From a marine actinobacterium MedAcidi-G3 (GTDB taxonomy: Bacteria > Actinomycetota > Acidimicrobiia > Acidimicrobiales > Poriferisodalaceae): 64,000 bases of DNA. This document shows positions 9,425-18,672 of the stretch, piece after piece. The notes beneath the pieces were generated by a model. It saw only the letters and a list, made by a program, of their open reading frames with translations, was not told where the DNA came from and made no database searches. The translations under genes and the position numbers were made by a program. Location: NCBI GenBank assembly GCA_000817105.1, contig JUEP01000001.1, forward strand, positions 109,095 through 173,094. The letters run 5' to 3'. Every line of letters begins with the position of its first letter. The stretch's first letter is position 1.

Positions 9425-10339
9425 GTGATGACCGACACTGTGATTAGTTCAGGGTCTAAAGAAGTAGTGATTGGCTTCGATCGTCCGTTTGTGATGATCG
9501 GCGAACGAATCAATCCCACGGGTCGGAAGCTTCTCGCAGAAGAAATGAAAAATGGTGATTTCTCTCGAGTGGAAGCTGACGCTTTGGCGCAAGTAGCAGC
9601 GGGCGCTCAAATGCTTGACGTCAATGCGGGCATTCCTCTTGCTGATGAGCCAGCTCTTCTAGCCGAGGCAATCAGGCTGGTTCAATCTGTAACTGAGGTG
9701 CCCCTATCAATTGATTCGTCAATCATCGAAGCACTTGAAGCTGGCATTGAAGCCTATGACGGTAAACCGCTGATCAATTCAGTTACGGGAGAGCAAGAAG
9801 TCTTAGATCGGGTACTCCCTCTTGTGGCTCGCAACGGAGCAGCTGTCGTGGCTATCTCAAACGACGAAACCGGTATCAGCGAAGATCCAGACATTAGGTT
9901 CGATGTGGCTAAGAAAATTGTTGGTGCAGCAAACGACTACGGAATCCCAACAAAAGACGTAGTCGTTGACCCGCTTGTAATGCCTATTGGGGCAATGAGT
10001 AATGCTGGAAAGCAGGTGTTTCATCTCGTTCGTCGGTTACGAGACGAGTTGGGCGTGAACACTACTTGCGGTGCTTCAAATGTCAGTTTCGGTCTACCAA
10101 ATCGACATGTAATCACCGGGACCTTCTTGTCGATGGCTATCTCTGCTGGCATGACGTCAGCGATTATGAACCCACTTCATGCCGAGGTTAAGTCCGCCGT
10201 TATGGGAGCAGATGTGCTTATGGGTAATGATTCAAATTGCGGTGCCTGGATAGCCCAACATCGTGATCCGCAGGCAGCAGGATCTGCCCGCAGCGGTCGA
10301 AGGAACCGCCGTCGGGGCGGTTCGGGCGGAGCAACGTGA
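9425..10339 (+). CDS. Methylcorrinoid:tetrahydrofolate methyltransferase (pterin-binding, MetH/AcsE-like)
   Basis: IGERINPTGRK, LDVNAG, SIDSS, LINSV, VDPLV, GASNVSFGLP.R; RBS AAGGAG. Confidence 0.92.
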   Translation: MMTDTVISSGSKEVVIGFDRPFVMIGERINPTGRKLLAEEMKNGDFSRVEADALAQVAAGAQMLDVNAGIPLADEPALLAEAIRLVQSVTEVPLSIDSSIIEALEAGIEAYDGKPLINSVTGEQEVLDRVLPLVARNGAAVVAISNDETGISEDPDIRFDVAKKIVGAANDYGIPTKDVVVDPLVMPIGAMSNAGKQVFHLVRRLRDELGVNTTCGASNVSFGLPNRHVITGTFLSMAISAGMTSAIMNPLHAEVKSAVMGADVLMGNDSNCGAWIAQHRDPQAAGSARSGRRNRRRGGSGGAT

Positions 10340-10346
10340 GTCTCGA

Positions 10347-12380
10347 ATGCCAGGTCTTCATCGCATCATTTTCACCCCATCTGGGTTAGAGACAGAGGCC
10401 AGAGATGGCTCGACTGTTCTAAGTGTCGCCCAAGCTGCTCAGATAGACCTGGATAGTGTCTGTGGGAGTCGCGGAGTTTGTGGTAGGTGCCAGTTCCTTC
10501 CGTCGTTTGGAGTCTTTCCCAAATGGGCGCTTACCTCTGAACAGCAGAACCTGAGCGAGAGCGGGCCTACTGAAATCGCTTACAGCAAACGCCGTTCGAT
10601 GCTCGATGGATCAAGACTTGGATGTCAAGCGATGATCCTTGGGCCTCTGGTGATTGATATTCCTGCTGAGAGTCAGGCTCATGCTCCGGTTATCCGGAAA
10701 GAGGTGAATCTGGAAGGCTTATCTCTTGATCCAGTATCTGTATTGCGAGTCGTTACAGCCAAACACCTGTATCCCGACGGAACAAATCTACAACAGGCCG
10801 TATCTGAAGCAATTCAAGATGAGTGGAATGTGGTGGTCGATGCTTACTCGAAGAGAGCGACCAAGCATATGGAGGTGCTCTCGGGCACCAGTTTGCAAGG
10901 CGAGCAAACGTTAACTGTCCAGGTTCAATCGGCCGATCGCAAAAATACTGTTTGCTCCGTTCGAGCGGGCACCCATGTCGATCAAATAGGGGTTGCGATC
11001 GACCTTGGTTCGACAACCATTGCTGCCCATCTAATGGACCTCAGTCGAGGCGACCTGTTGGCGAGTAACGGTGTGATGAATCCGCAGATCCGCCTAGGCG
11101 AGGACCTCATGAGTCGGGTCAGTTATGTGATGATGAATCCAGAAGGAGCCGAGCAGCTAACTTTCCTGGCGAGGGATGCCGTTTCAAAACTTGTGCTTGG
11201 GTTGCTTGATGAATCAGGTCGACCGCTCGAAGACGTCACAGAAGTTGTAGTTGTCGGCAATCCTGTTATGCATCATTCATTCCTTGGTCTTGATGTGGTT
11301 CCTCTAGGCCAGATGCCGTTCGATTTGGCAACTAGTGGTCCAGTCGTGAGAGAGGCTCAAGATGTGGGCCTGCCTTTACCGAACGCCTCTGTCTATCTGC
11401 CGCCATGTATTGCCGGACACGTGGGTGCTGACACTTCGGCAGCTATTTTGGCCGAGGCACCATATCAAGCCACGAGTCAACAGTTACTCGTAGACGTCGG
11501 CACTAATGCAGAAATCGTCTTCGGAGACAATGATGGCCTGTATGCCGCATCGAGCCCCACGGGGCCAGCGTTCGAGGGAGCCCAGATCACCCACGGTCAA
11601 CGGGCAACTGCAGGGGCCATAGAACGTGTTCGAATTAACCGGGAAAGCCTTGAGCCAGAAATAAAGGTGATCGGTTGTGAGTACTGGTCCTCGCACCCGG
11701 GATTCAGTGACGCTCTTGAAGACATCCAAGTCACCGGTATATGCGGCTCGGGAATCATTGAAGTTATAGCTGAACTATTTTTAAGCGGCCTGATGACGGC
11801 TGAAGGCGTGCTTTTGGATCGTCGGTCAGCAACCGACCGAGTCGTTGCGGATGGGCGAACATTTTCGTATGTGCTGTACCGAGGGGAATCTGGTGGAGAG
11901 GCTTCGCCGGTTGTTGTCACTCAACAAGATGTGAGGGCTGTGCAATTAGCAAAAGCGGCGCTGCGGGCCGGGATTGACCTCCTCGTGGAACGGGCAGGCG
12001 GAGTTAAACCGCAGGAAATACGCCTAGCAGGAGCCTTTGGCGCACAGATCGACCCCAAATACGCGATGGTCCTAGGTCTGATACCCGATTGCCCGCTGGA
12101 TAAGGTCACTCCGGTAGGAAATGCTGCTGGTAGCGGAGCAGTTCGTCTGCTGCTGTCCCAGGCTGAACGAGAGATCCTTGAGTCTGTTGTCCCACAGGTA
12201 GTCAAGGTTGAAACTGCTGTGGAGGAGCGTTTTCAAGAATTGTTCGTGGAGGCAATGAGCTTCCCCCATGCCGCCGCTAATACTCCAAATTTGGAAATGG
12301 CGGTCAAACTACCGTCACTTCCTCTAGCGTCTACGACGGCGAAGCCGCGCCGGAGACGGCGACCGGCTCGGAAGGAATAA
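10347..12380 (+). CDS. ATP-dependent corrinoid reductive activator (RamA/RACo, ASKHA/DUF4445) with N-terminal 2Fe-2S domain
   Basis: CGSRGVCGRC...RLGCQ ferredoxin; DLGSTT, DVGTNAE, PAFEGA, GICGSG, LAGAFG, GNAA motifs. Confidence 0.92.
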   Translation: MPGLHRIIFTPSGLETEARDGSTVLSVAQAAQIDLDSVCGSRGVCGRCQFLPSFGVFPKWALTSEQQNLSESGPTEIAYSKRRSMLDGSRLGCQAMILGPLVIDIPAESQAHAPVIRKEVNLEGLSLDPVSVLRVVTAKHLYPDGTNLQQAVSEAIQDEWNVVVDAYSKRATKHMEVLSGTSLQGEQTLTVQVQSADRKNTVCSVRAGTHVDQIGVAIDLGSTTIAAHLMDLSRGDLLASNGVMNPQIRLGEDLMSRVSYVMMNPEGAEQLTFLARDAVSKLVLGLLDESGRPLEDVTEVVVVGNPVMHHSFLGLDVVPLGQMPFDLATSGPVVREAQDVGLPLPNASVYLPPCIAGHVGADTSAAILAEAPYQATSQQLLVDVGTNAEIVFGDNDGLYAASSPTGPAFEGAQITHGQRATAGAIERVRINRESLEPEIKVIGCEYWSSHPGFSDALEDIQVTGICGSGIIEVIAELFLSGLMTAEGVLLDRRSATDRVVADGRTFSYVLYRGESGGEASPVVVTQQDVRAVQLAKAALRAGIDLLVERAGGVKPQEIRLAGAFGAQIDPKYAMVLGLIPDCPLDKVTPVGNAAGSGAVRLLLSQAEREILESVVPQVVKVETAVEERFQELFVEAMSFPHAAANTPNLEMAVKLPSLPLASTTAKPRRRRRPARKE

Positions 12381-12384
12381 TGAG

Positions 12385-13911
12385 ATGACTGCGCGTCGAT
12401 CCGGTGGTAGGGCAGCAAGGCGAGCGGCGCGGACCGCGCAGGGAGAAGTATCGAAGCCTTTCCTGACTCGGCGGCTTGACCCCGTAGAAGTTTTGGACGA
12501 AGACGGCTTACTTCAAATCGAAGAGAACGCCGAAATAATCATGAGTGAGGTCGGGATTGCTTTCCAAGACTTCCCTGAGGCTCTAGAGATGTGGCGCTCG
12601 GCTGGCGCCGAGGTCAATGGTGATCTCGTAAAATTTCCAAGAGGCCTTTGTCGTTCGTTGGTCCAAGGCACCGCTCCCCCGGTATTTACGCAGCATGCCC
12701 GAAACTCGAGCCGGTCGGTTCAGATTGGTGGAGACAGCACAGTCTTCGCCCCCAATTACGGTTCTCCGTTTGTTACCGACCTTGATGAGGGCCGTCGGTA
12801 TGCGACGCTCCATGACTTCGAAAATATAGTGAAACTTACCTATCAGCTGCCTCATCTCCATCACAGCGGCGGAACGGTTGTCGAGCCAGTCGATATACCG
12901 GTTAATAAGCGTCACTTGGACATGGTCTACTCGCATCTGAAATACAGCGACAAACCCTTAATGGGTTCCGTGACCGCGCCCCAACGTGCGTTTGATTCGA
13001 TAGAGCTGTGCCGCCTCGCGTTTGGTGGAGACCTCGAGGGTCGCACGGTTCTCACGAGCCTCATAAATGCATCATCGCCCCTGCGGTGGGATTCAACGAT
13101 GCTTGGAGCGGCAAAGGTTTACGCCGAGAACAATCAAGCCTGCATTATTTCACCCTTCATCTTGGCTGGTGCCATGTCTCCGGTGACGGTCGCTGGCCTC
13201 GCAGCTCAAGCCTTGGCTGAAGCTCTAACAGGTATGGCGTTCTGTCAGCTCGTGCGTCCTGGGACACCCGTCATCTTTGGGACCTTCGCCTCTTCAATGT
13301 CGATGGCGACAGGCGCTCCTACTTTTGGAACACCAGAAGGTGGTTTAGCGATATATGTCATGGCTGCTCTTGCGCGACGAGTCGGGGTTCCTTTCCGTTC
13401 GGGTGGAATGTTGACTGCCGCCAAAGGCCCAGATGCCCAGGCCGCTTACGAGTCGCTATCCACCTTGCTTCCGACGATGCAGGCCGGAGTGCACTTCGTT
13501 CTTCATGCCGCTGGATGGGTCGAAGGTGGTTTAGCGTTGAGTTATGAAAAGCTGCTTCTGGATGCGGACCAGTTGGGCATGATGGGGGTGTACGCCGACG
13601 GGGTTGATATGAGTCCCAACGGGCAGGCGATGGAAGCCTTCAAAACCAACCCGCACGGAGCCCACTTCCTCGGCAACGGCCATACGCTCGAGAACTTCGA
13701 GTCCGCTTTCTACAGATCGACTCTCGCCGACAGCAATAGCTATGAGCAATGGTTGGAAGAGGGCGAGTTGTCAGCCGCCCAAAGGGCTAACGCTGTATGG
13801 AAGCAGATGCTTAACGACTATCAGCCTCCCCCACTGGATGACGATGCTGATCAAGCAATGATCGAATATATCGGCCGGAGAAAGTCTGAAGAGCCCGACG
13901 AGATTGGTTAG
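12385..13911 (+). CDS. mttB: Non-pyrrolysine MttB-family methyltransferase (probable glycine betaine:corrinoid methyltransferase)
   Basis: FTQHARN, SPLRWD, GAMSPVT, GTPE, PFRSGG..T.AK.PDAQAAYES, HAAGW.EGGL; no in-frame TAG. Confidence 0.93.
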   Translation: MTARRSGGRAARRAARTAQGEVSKPFLTRRLDPVEVLDEDGLLQIEENAEIIMSEVGIAFQDFPEALEMWRSAGAEVNGDLVKFPRGLCRSLVQGTAPPVFTQHARNSSRSVQIGGDSTVFAPNYGSPFVTDLDEGRRYATLHDFENIVKLTYQLPHLHHSGGTVVEPVDIPVNKRHLDMVYSHLKYSDKPLMGSVTAPQRAFDSIELCRLAFGGDLEGRTVLTSLINASSPLRWDSTMLGAAKVYAENNQACIISPFILAGAMSPVTVAGLAAQALAEALTGMAFCQLVRPGTPVIFGTFASSMSMATGAPTFGTPEGGLAIYVMAALARRVGVPFRSGGMLTAAKGPDAQAAYESLSTLLPTMQAGVHFVLHAAGWVEGGLALSYEKLLLDADQLGMMGVYADGVDMSPNGQAMEAFKTNPHGAHFLGNGHTLENFESAFYRSTLADSNSYEQWLEEGELSAAQRANAVWKQMLNDYQPPPLDDDADQAMIEYIGRRKSEEPDEIG

Positions 13912-14739
13912 TCAACCTGCTGCGACTCCGGCAGTGCCGAGTACGGCGCAGGCGATTCCCAGGACCTGACGCTTGGTTAAGGTGTCTAGATAACGGATTC
14001 GGCCGACGATGACGCTGAACACTGGGAAGAGAGATATCCCAATTACTGCGGCCACCGGGTCAAAGCGCAAGCCCTGGAAGAGAGCGACACTTGCTCCCCC
14101 TGCACAGATTCCCGCTGCTATCCCCCAGTTTCGTGTCCCGATTGGGGCGAGGACTCGATTCTTGGTTGCTGCCGCCAGGGGAATCATTAATCCGAAGGCA
14201 ATGACTCTTTGACCCGCAATTGCTACGGGCCCGGCTGTTGTTGTGACCTCAAGTAAGAGTGCCTGACCAATGCCGTAGCCAACCCCGGCCAATACCCCGA
14301 GCTGGATCCCTAGTTTGGTAAGAGCGGTCTTTGGTGTGTCGGTCGTGACGGCTATGAGGCCGACAAGTGCCAAGCCCACACCAATTGTGGAGAGCGGCGA
14401 CACTTCCGTTCCGCCGACCACAACCCACCCGAATGGGATCAGGGCCGACAGAACGGCAGCCAAGGGTGCAACTACGGCCGACGATGCTCTCGTCAAGCCG
14501 AGGTAATAGCTCGACAGTCCTACAGCAAAACCAACTCCCGAAAGTGCCCCAAGTGCTAAGTCAGAAGAGCTGAAGGTGCCAGGCCAAAAGAGCAAGGAGA
14601 TCAGAACTGAGGCCGCCCCGAACGCCTGCATGGTGCTTGCGGCCGTTATTGCGCTGGATTTCGCTGTTACTTGTCGCCCGAAGAGATCAGAGAGCCCGAT
14701 AAGGAGCGCTGCCAAGATCCCAAAAATTGCGCCGATCAT
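13912..14739 (-). CDS. EamA/DMT-family transporter
   Basis: About 10 hydrophobic helices in two repeats; start taken at MIGAIFG. Confidence 0.8.
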   Translation of the reverse strand: MIGAIFGILAALLIGLSDLFGRQVTAKSSAITAASTMQAFGAASVLISLLFWPGTFSSSDLALGALSGVGFAVGLSSYYLGLTRASSAVVAPLAAVLSALIPFGWVVVGGTEVSPLSTIGVGLALVGLIAVTTDTPKTALTKLGIQLGVLAGVGYGIGQALLLEVTTTAGPVAIAGQRVIAFGLMIPLAAATKNRVLAPIGTRNWGIAAGICAGGASVALFQGLRFDPVAAVIGISLFPVFSVIVGRIRYLDTLTKRQVLGIACAVLGTAGVAAG

Positions 14740-14810
14740 GTTCGAAGAGGACGCTTGATCACCTCCGTGAGGATACGCTGCAAATTGAGTGATACCTGAC
14801 GGAGGACCTG

Positions 14811-16487
14811 GTGGAGCCGCAATCTGACCCATCAGAAGAAACGCACTACGACTTTGTGATTATCGGTGGTGGCTCTGCGGGTTGCGCACTTGCGAACCGT
14901 CTCAGCACCGACGACTCCAACAGGGTGCTTCTTTTGGAAGCCGGTCGACCGGACTACATCTGGGATCCTTTCATCCATATGCCAGCCGGATTTTCCTTCC
15001 CAATCGGTTCACGCTTCTACGACTGGATGTACCTCACCGAACCAGAAAGTGGCCTGAACGGTCGTCGCGTTTATCACGCCAGAGGCAAGGTGCTGGGAGG
15101 CAGTTCGAGTATCAACGGCATGATCTTCCAGCGAGGCAACCCACTAGACATGGAACGTTGGGCTGCAGCCGAGGGAATGAGTTCATGGGATTACGCACAC
15201 ACGCTGCCGTATTTCAAGAGACTTGAGAGCTGCCTCGCCGGCGAGGATGAGTGGCGCGGAGGTGGCGGGCCATTGAAGCTAGAACGAGGGCCAGCGGTCG
15301 GACCACTTTTCGATGCCTTCTTTGATGCCGCTGTACAAGCCGGCTACGAATTAACAACTGACGTGAACGGATACCGCCAAGAAGGATTCGCCTCTTTTGA
15401 CAGGAATGTTTACAGAGGTCGTCGTTTGAGCGCAGCGAGGGCTTACCTCTCACCGGTCCTGAATCGACCAAACTTGGAAGTACGGACACGAGCCCACACC
15501 ACCCGCCTGTTGGTCGAAGGTAAGAAAGTAGTCGGAGTTGAAACCGTTGAGCGTCGACCCTTCGGTAGGCACCTTAGACATCATCGCTATAAGGCGGATA
15601 CGGTTGTCTGTTGTGCCGGCGCGATTAATACGCCGCAGTTATTGCAGTTGAGTGGCATAGGCCCGCAGTCGGTCTTAGCTCGTGCAGAGGTACCGGTCCT
15701 TGTCGATTTACCGGGTGTAGGCGAGAACCTCCAGGATCACCTAGAGGTCTACGTTCAATATGCTTCGAAGCTGCCGATTACCCAGCAGCCAAACCTTTCG
15801 CGCTTGAGACGACCCTGGATTGGACTTCAGTGGCTCTTCAGGAGGGGTGCCGCTGCGACAAACCACTTCGAAGCCGGTGGTTTCCTGCGCTCTAGAGAGG
15901 GTCTCGAGTGGCCCAACGTGATGCTCCATTTTCTTCCCCTGGCTGTTAGGTATGACGGAGTCGTCGCAGATACCAAACACGGCTACCAGGTACATGTTGG
16001 TCCGATGCACGCTCGATCTCGCGGCTCGGTGACTCTCCGTTCACGTGATCCTTTCGACAAGCCTTCGATTCGCTTTAACTATTTAGATAATGAGTTAGAT
16101 CGTCAAGATTGGGTCGACGCGATCAGGGCCGCACGGAAAATATTGAGTCAACCCGCCTTTGAAGAAATAGCTGGCAAAGAACTTTCACCTGGCCTTGATA
16201 TTGAGACAGATCGAGCCATCCTCGATTGGGTGAAGAGCGACGCCGAGACGGCGCTTCATCCTTGCGGAACAGCCAAAATGGGCTGTGACTCGATGTCGGT
16301 CGTCGACCCAAAAACGATGGAGGTCCACGGCATGTCGGGCCTACGAGTCGTCGATGCCTCGGTACTGCCCTCGATTACGAATGGGAATATTTACGCTCCG
16401 ACGATGATGATCGCGGAGAAGGCCGCTGATCTGATTCTCGGCAATACTCCATTGTCCCCATTGACGCCTGGCTACTACTCCAAGTGA
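14811..16487 (+). CDS. betA: Choline dehydrogenase
   Basis: [69 protein letters not shown]; RBS GGAGGA. Confidence 0.93.
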   Translation: MEPQSDPSEETHYDFVIIGGGSAGCALANRLSTDDSNRVLLLEAGRPDYIWDPFIHMPAGFSFPIGSRFYDWMYLTEPESGLNGRRVYHARGKVLGGSSSINGMIFQRGNPLDMERWAAAEGMSSWDYAHTLPYFKRLESCLAGEDEWRGGGGPLKLERGPAVGPLFDAFFDAAVQAGYELTTDVNGYRQEGFASFDRNVYRGRRLSAARAYLSPVLNRPNLEVRTRAHTTRLLVEGKKVVGVETVERRPFGRHLRHHRYKADTVVCCAGAINTPQLLQLSGIGPQSVLARAEVPVLVDLPGVGENLQDHLEVYVQYASKLPITQQPNLSRLRRPWIGLQWLFRRGAAATNHFEAGGFLRSREGLEWPNVMLHFLPLAVRYDGVVADTKHGYQVHVGPMHARSRGSVTLRSRDPFDKPSIRFNYLDNELDRQDWVDAIRAARKILSQPAFEEIAGKELSPGLDIETDRAILDWVKSDAETALHPCGTAKMGCDSMSVVDPKTMEVHGMSGLRVVDASVLPSITNGNIYAPTMMIAEKAADLILGNTPLSPLTPGYYSK

Positions 16488-16497
16488 GTTCGATGCC

Positions 16498-17745
16498 TTA
16501 CGGCCGTCGTCGGTACAGCATCGACACAACCATTCGCGAGGCACGGAGCGGAAACGGCTGAAATTTGCTCTGCTCATCGACGCTCGGGGCCTCATGGGCA
16601 TAGATGCGGTAGAGCAGGTAGAGCGTCAAGACCAAGAATACGAAAAACGGAAAATAGAAAAAGGCTGTCACGGAGCGAGTCAAGATCAGGCCCGTCACTA
16701 ACGGGCCGATTAACGACCCGATTCCGTGCACTCGTACTAGAAGCGCTGATGCCGCGATTCTTTCCTCAGCCTTGACCCAATCATTTGTATAAGCAACCGA
16801 CATGGAATAGAGAGGAAACGCAAGACCGCCCATTAAGACAAGACACAGCAGAGACACGCCACTGGTGCCGTTGAGAAAGGCAAGAGCAAAACAGAGCGCA
16901 GCGGCTCCCGCCGAGGCGAAGGTCATGACGCCACGTCGCGGAACGCGGTCCGATAATCTGCCTAACGGTATCTGCAGAATCAAAGATCCGAAAAGGGGTG
17001 CCCCCACGAAGTTGGCTATTTGAAGAGCACTCCAACCCTGGTACGCACCATAGATCGGCCCAATTCCGACAAGCGATCCGATCGTCATGCCAGTAAAGCA
17101 ACAAACAACGAGACCAGTCGGGACGATGGAATAGAGGGTTCGGAAAGTCAGCGGCTCAGGAATGGAGGTGGGGGCCGAAGACCGACTAGACAATGCAATA
17201 GGCACCAGAGACATTGAGACCAGTACCGAAGCAACCGCAAATAGTGTGAAACCTGCGGTGCTTGAAATGCCCACCGAGTATTGCCCGACCATCGTGGAGC
17301 CCACCGCTATCACCATGTAAGAGCTCAGTAAGTTCCCTCGGGTTTCGTTTGTAGCCACGTCGTTTAACCACGATTCAGTGACGACGTAAAGGGCAGCAAT
17401 GCAAAATCCGAAGACAAGACGACAAAGACCCCACGTAAGCGGGCTGACCCACAAACCCTGGAAAAGAACAATGCTTGATGCCGTTGACGCCAGACCAGCG
17501 AAGGTACGGATGTGTCCGACTTCCGACAGGAGCTTTCCGGTGTACCGGGTACCGAGAATAAATCCCGCGTAATAGGAAGTCATTACTAGTGAAGCTGTCA
17601 GGGCACCAAAACCGGCAGCCTCAGCACGTAACCCCAATAAGGGGCGCTGCAAACCAACACCTGCCTGAAGTAACGCTATCCCCAAGAACAGCGACCAGGC
17701 GGTTAACGATCGACTCGATTTGGTCACTACGGAACTTCCAAACAA
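16498..17745 (-). CDS. MFS transporter (YcaD-like)
   Basis: VGHIRTFA, VTESWLN, PLGRLSDR; about 12 TM segments; start may be GTG near 17727. Confidence 0.88.
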   Translation of the reverse strand: MFGSSVVTKSSRSLTAWSLFLGIALLQAGVGLQRPLLGLRAEAAGFGALTASLVMTSYYAGFILGTRYTGKLLSEVGHIRTFAGLASTASSIVLFQGLWVSPLTWGLCRLVFGFCIAALYVVTESWLNDVATNETRGNLLSSYMVIAVGSTMVGQYSVGISSTAGFTLFAVASVLVSMSLVPIALSSRSSAPTSIPEPLTFRTLYSIVPTGLVVCCFTGMTIGSLVGIGPIYGAYQGWSALQIANFVGAPLFGSLILQIPLGRLSDRVPRRGVMTFASAGAAALCFALAFLNGTSGVSLLCLVLMGGLAFPLYSMSVAYTNDWVKAEERIAASALLVRVHGIGSLIGPLVTGLILTRSVTAFFYFPFFVFLVLTLYLLYRIYAHEAPSVDEQSKFQPFPLRASRMVVSMLYRRRP

Positions 17746-17805
17746 ATGGCTGCGGAAAACAGGGAAGAAGAGTATGCCGGTTTTAGTGGTCTTACGGAAA
17801 CGGTC

Positions 17806-18672
17806 TTAGTGGTTAGTAGGTGGCCTGCGGGTCGGAGGTTGCACATATTGCCAACCAAACCGGCCCTTAACGCATAGGTGGCCTGCCGTAACGGAATGGT
17901 CGCTAGGGGACGTGACTTTGAAGATTTCGTTGTCTTGAGTGTGTACTTCAAGCGTGCAGCCAACTCCGCAGTAAGAGCAAATGGTATCAGTCGATGTTTG
18001 GCTCTCCGGATCCCAGTCTGGCGTCTGTCTGAGATCGAATTCGGCTTTGAATTGCAAGGCATTTGTTGGGCACACACCGACACAATTACCGCAGTAGACA
18101 CATGCAGACTCTGGTAACGGTGTCTCGAACTCAGTAGAGACCCGAGTCTCGAAACCGCGGCCAGCCATCGAAATAGCGAAAGTGAACTGAGCGTCATCTC
18201 CGCATGCTTCAACGCACTTGTAACACAAAACGCACCGGTCGTATGCCCGAACAAATAGGTCATCTTCGACCTTAACCGGATCCTCACTCCGGACGGGATC
18301 GCTATATCTGGAGGCATCAGCGCCGTATAGTTCGATTAAGGTTTGAAGTTCAGAACTTTGAGTCAGGTCGTTAGTGGTGTCGAGGAATTCCAACACCATC
18401 TTTCGACTGAGTGCTACACGTTCGCTATCGGTATTTATAACCGCATTGGGTTCGCATTCTCGAGAGCAAGCTGGAACTAGAGCGCGGGAACCTTCCATCT
18501 CGACGACGCAGAGTCGACAGGCATTGACCGGCGTTAGATTCGAAGCCCAACATAATGTGGGGATCTCAACTCCTGTCTCTTGGGCCGCTTCAAGGATCGT
18601 GGTCCCCGCAGCGACCGTCGTCTGCTGACCATTGAGAGAGAAGGTCACCTCTGTGCTCCTGGTCACTGTCAT
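17806..18672 (-). CDS. Formate dehydrogenase iron-sulfur subunit (2Fe-2S, 2x4Fe-4S and Molybdop_Fe4S4 domain)
   Basis: IPTLC..CRLCVVE..C, CVLCYKCVEAC, CVYCGNCVGVCP, CSYCGVGC...LCVKGRFG; ATGA overlap with upstream gene. Confidence 0.9.
   Translation of the reverse strand: MTVTRSTEVTFSLNGQQTTVAAGTTILEAAQETGVEIPTLCWASNLTPVNACRLCVVEMEGSRALVPACSRECEPNAVINTDSERVALSRKMVLEFLDTTNDLTQSSELQTLIELYGADASRYSDPVRSEDPVKVEDDLFVRAYDRCVLCYKCVEACGDDAQFTFAISMAGRGFETRVSTEFETPLPESACVYCGNCVGVCPTNALQFKAEFDLRQTPDWDPESQTSTDTICSYCGVGCTLEVHTQDNEIFKVTSPSDHSVTAGHLCVKGRFGWQYVQPPTRRPPTNH

Noticed and set aside
12385-13911. Pyrrolysine recoding in mttB
   Set aside because: The ORF is continuous with no in-frame TAG; the position expected for Pyl appears to be Leu (GGML-TAAK)
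17727-18317. 196-aa alternative-frame ORF and the many other short overlapping ORFs in the track
   Set aside because: They overlap well-supported genes in other frames or strands and have no recognisable motifs
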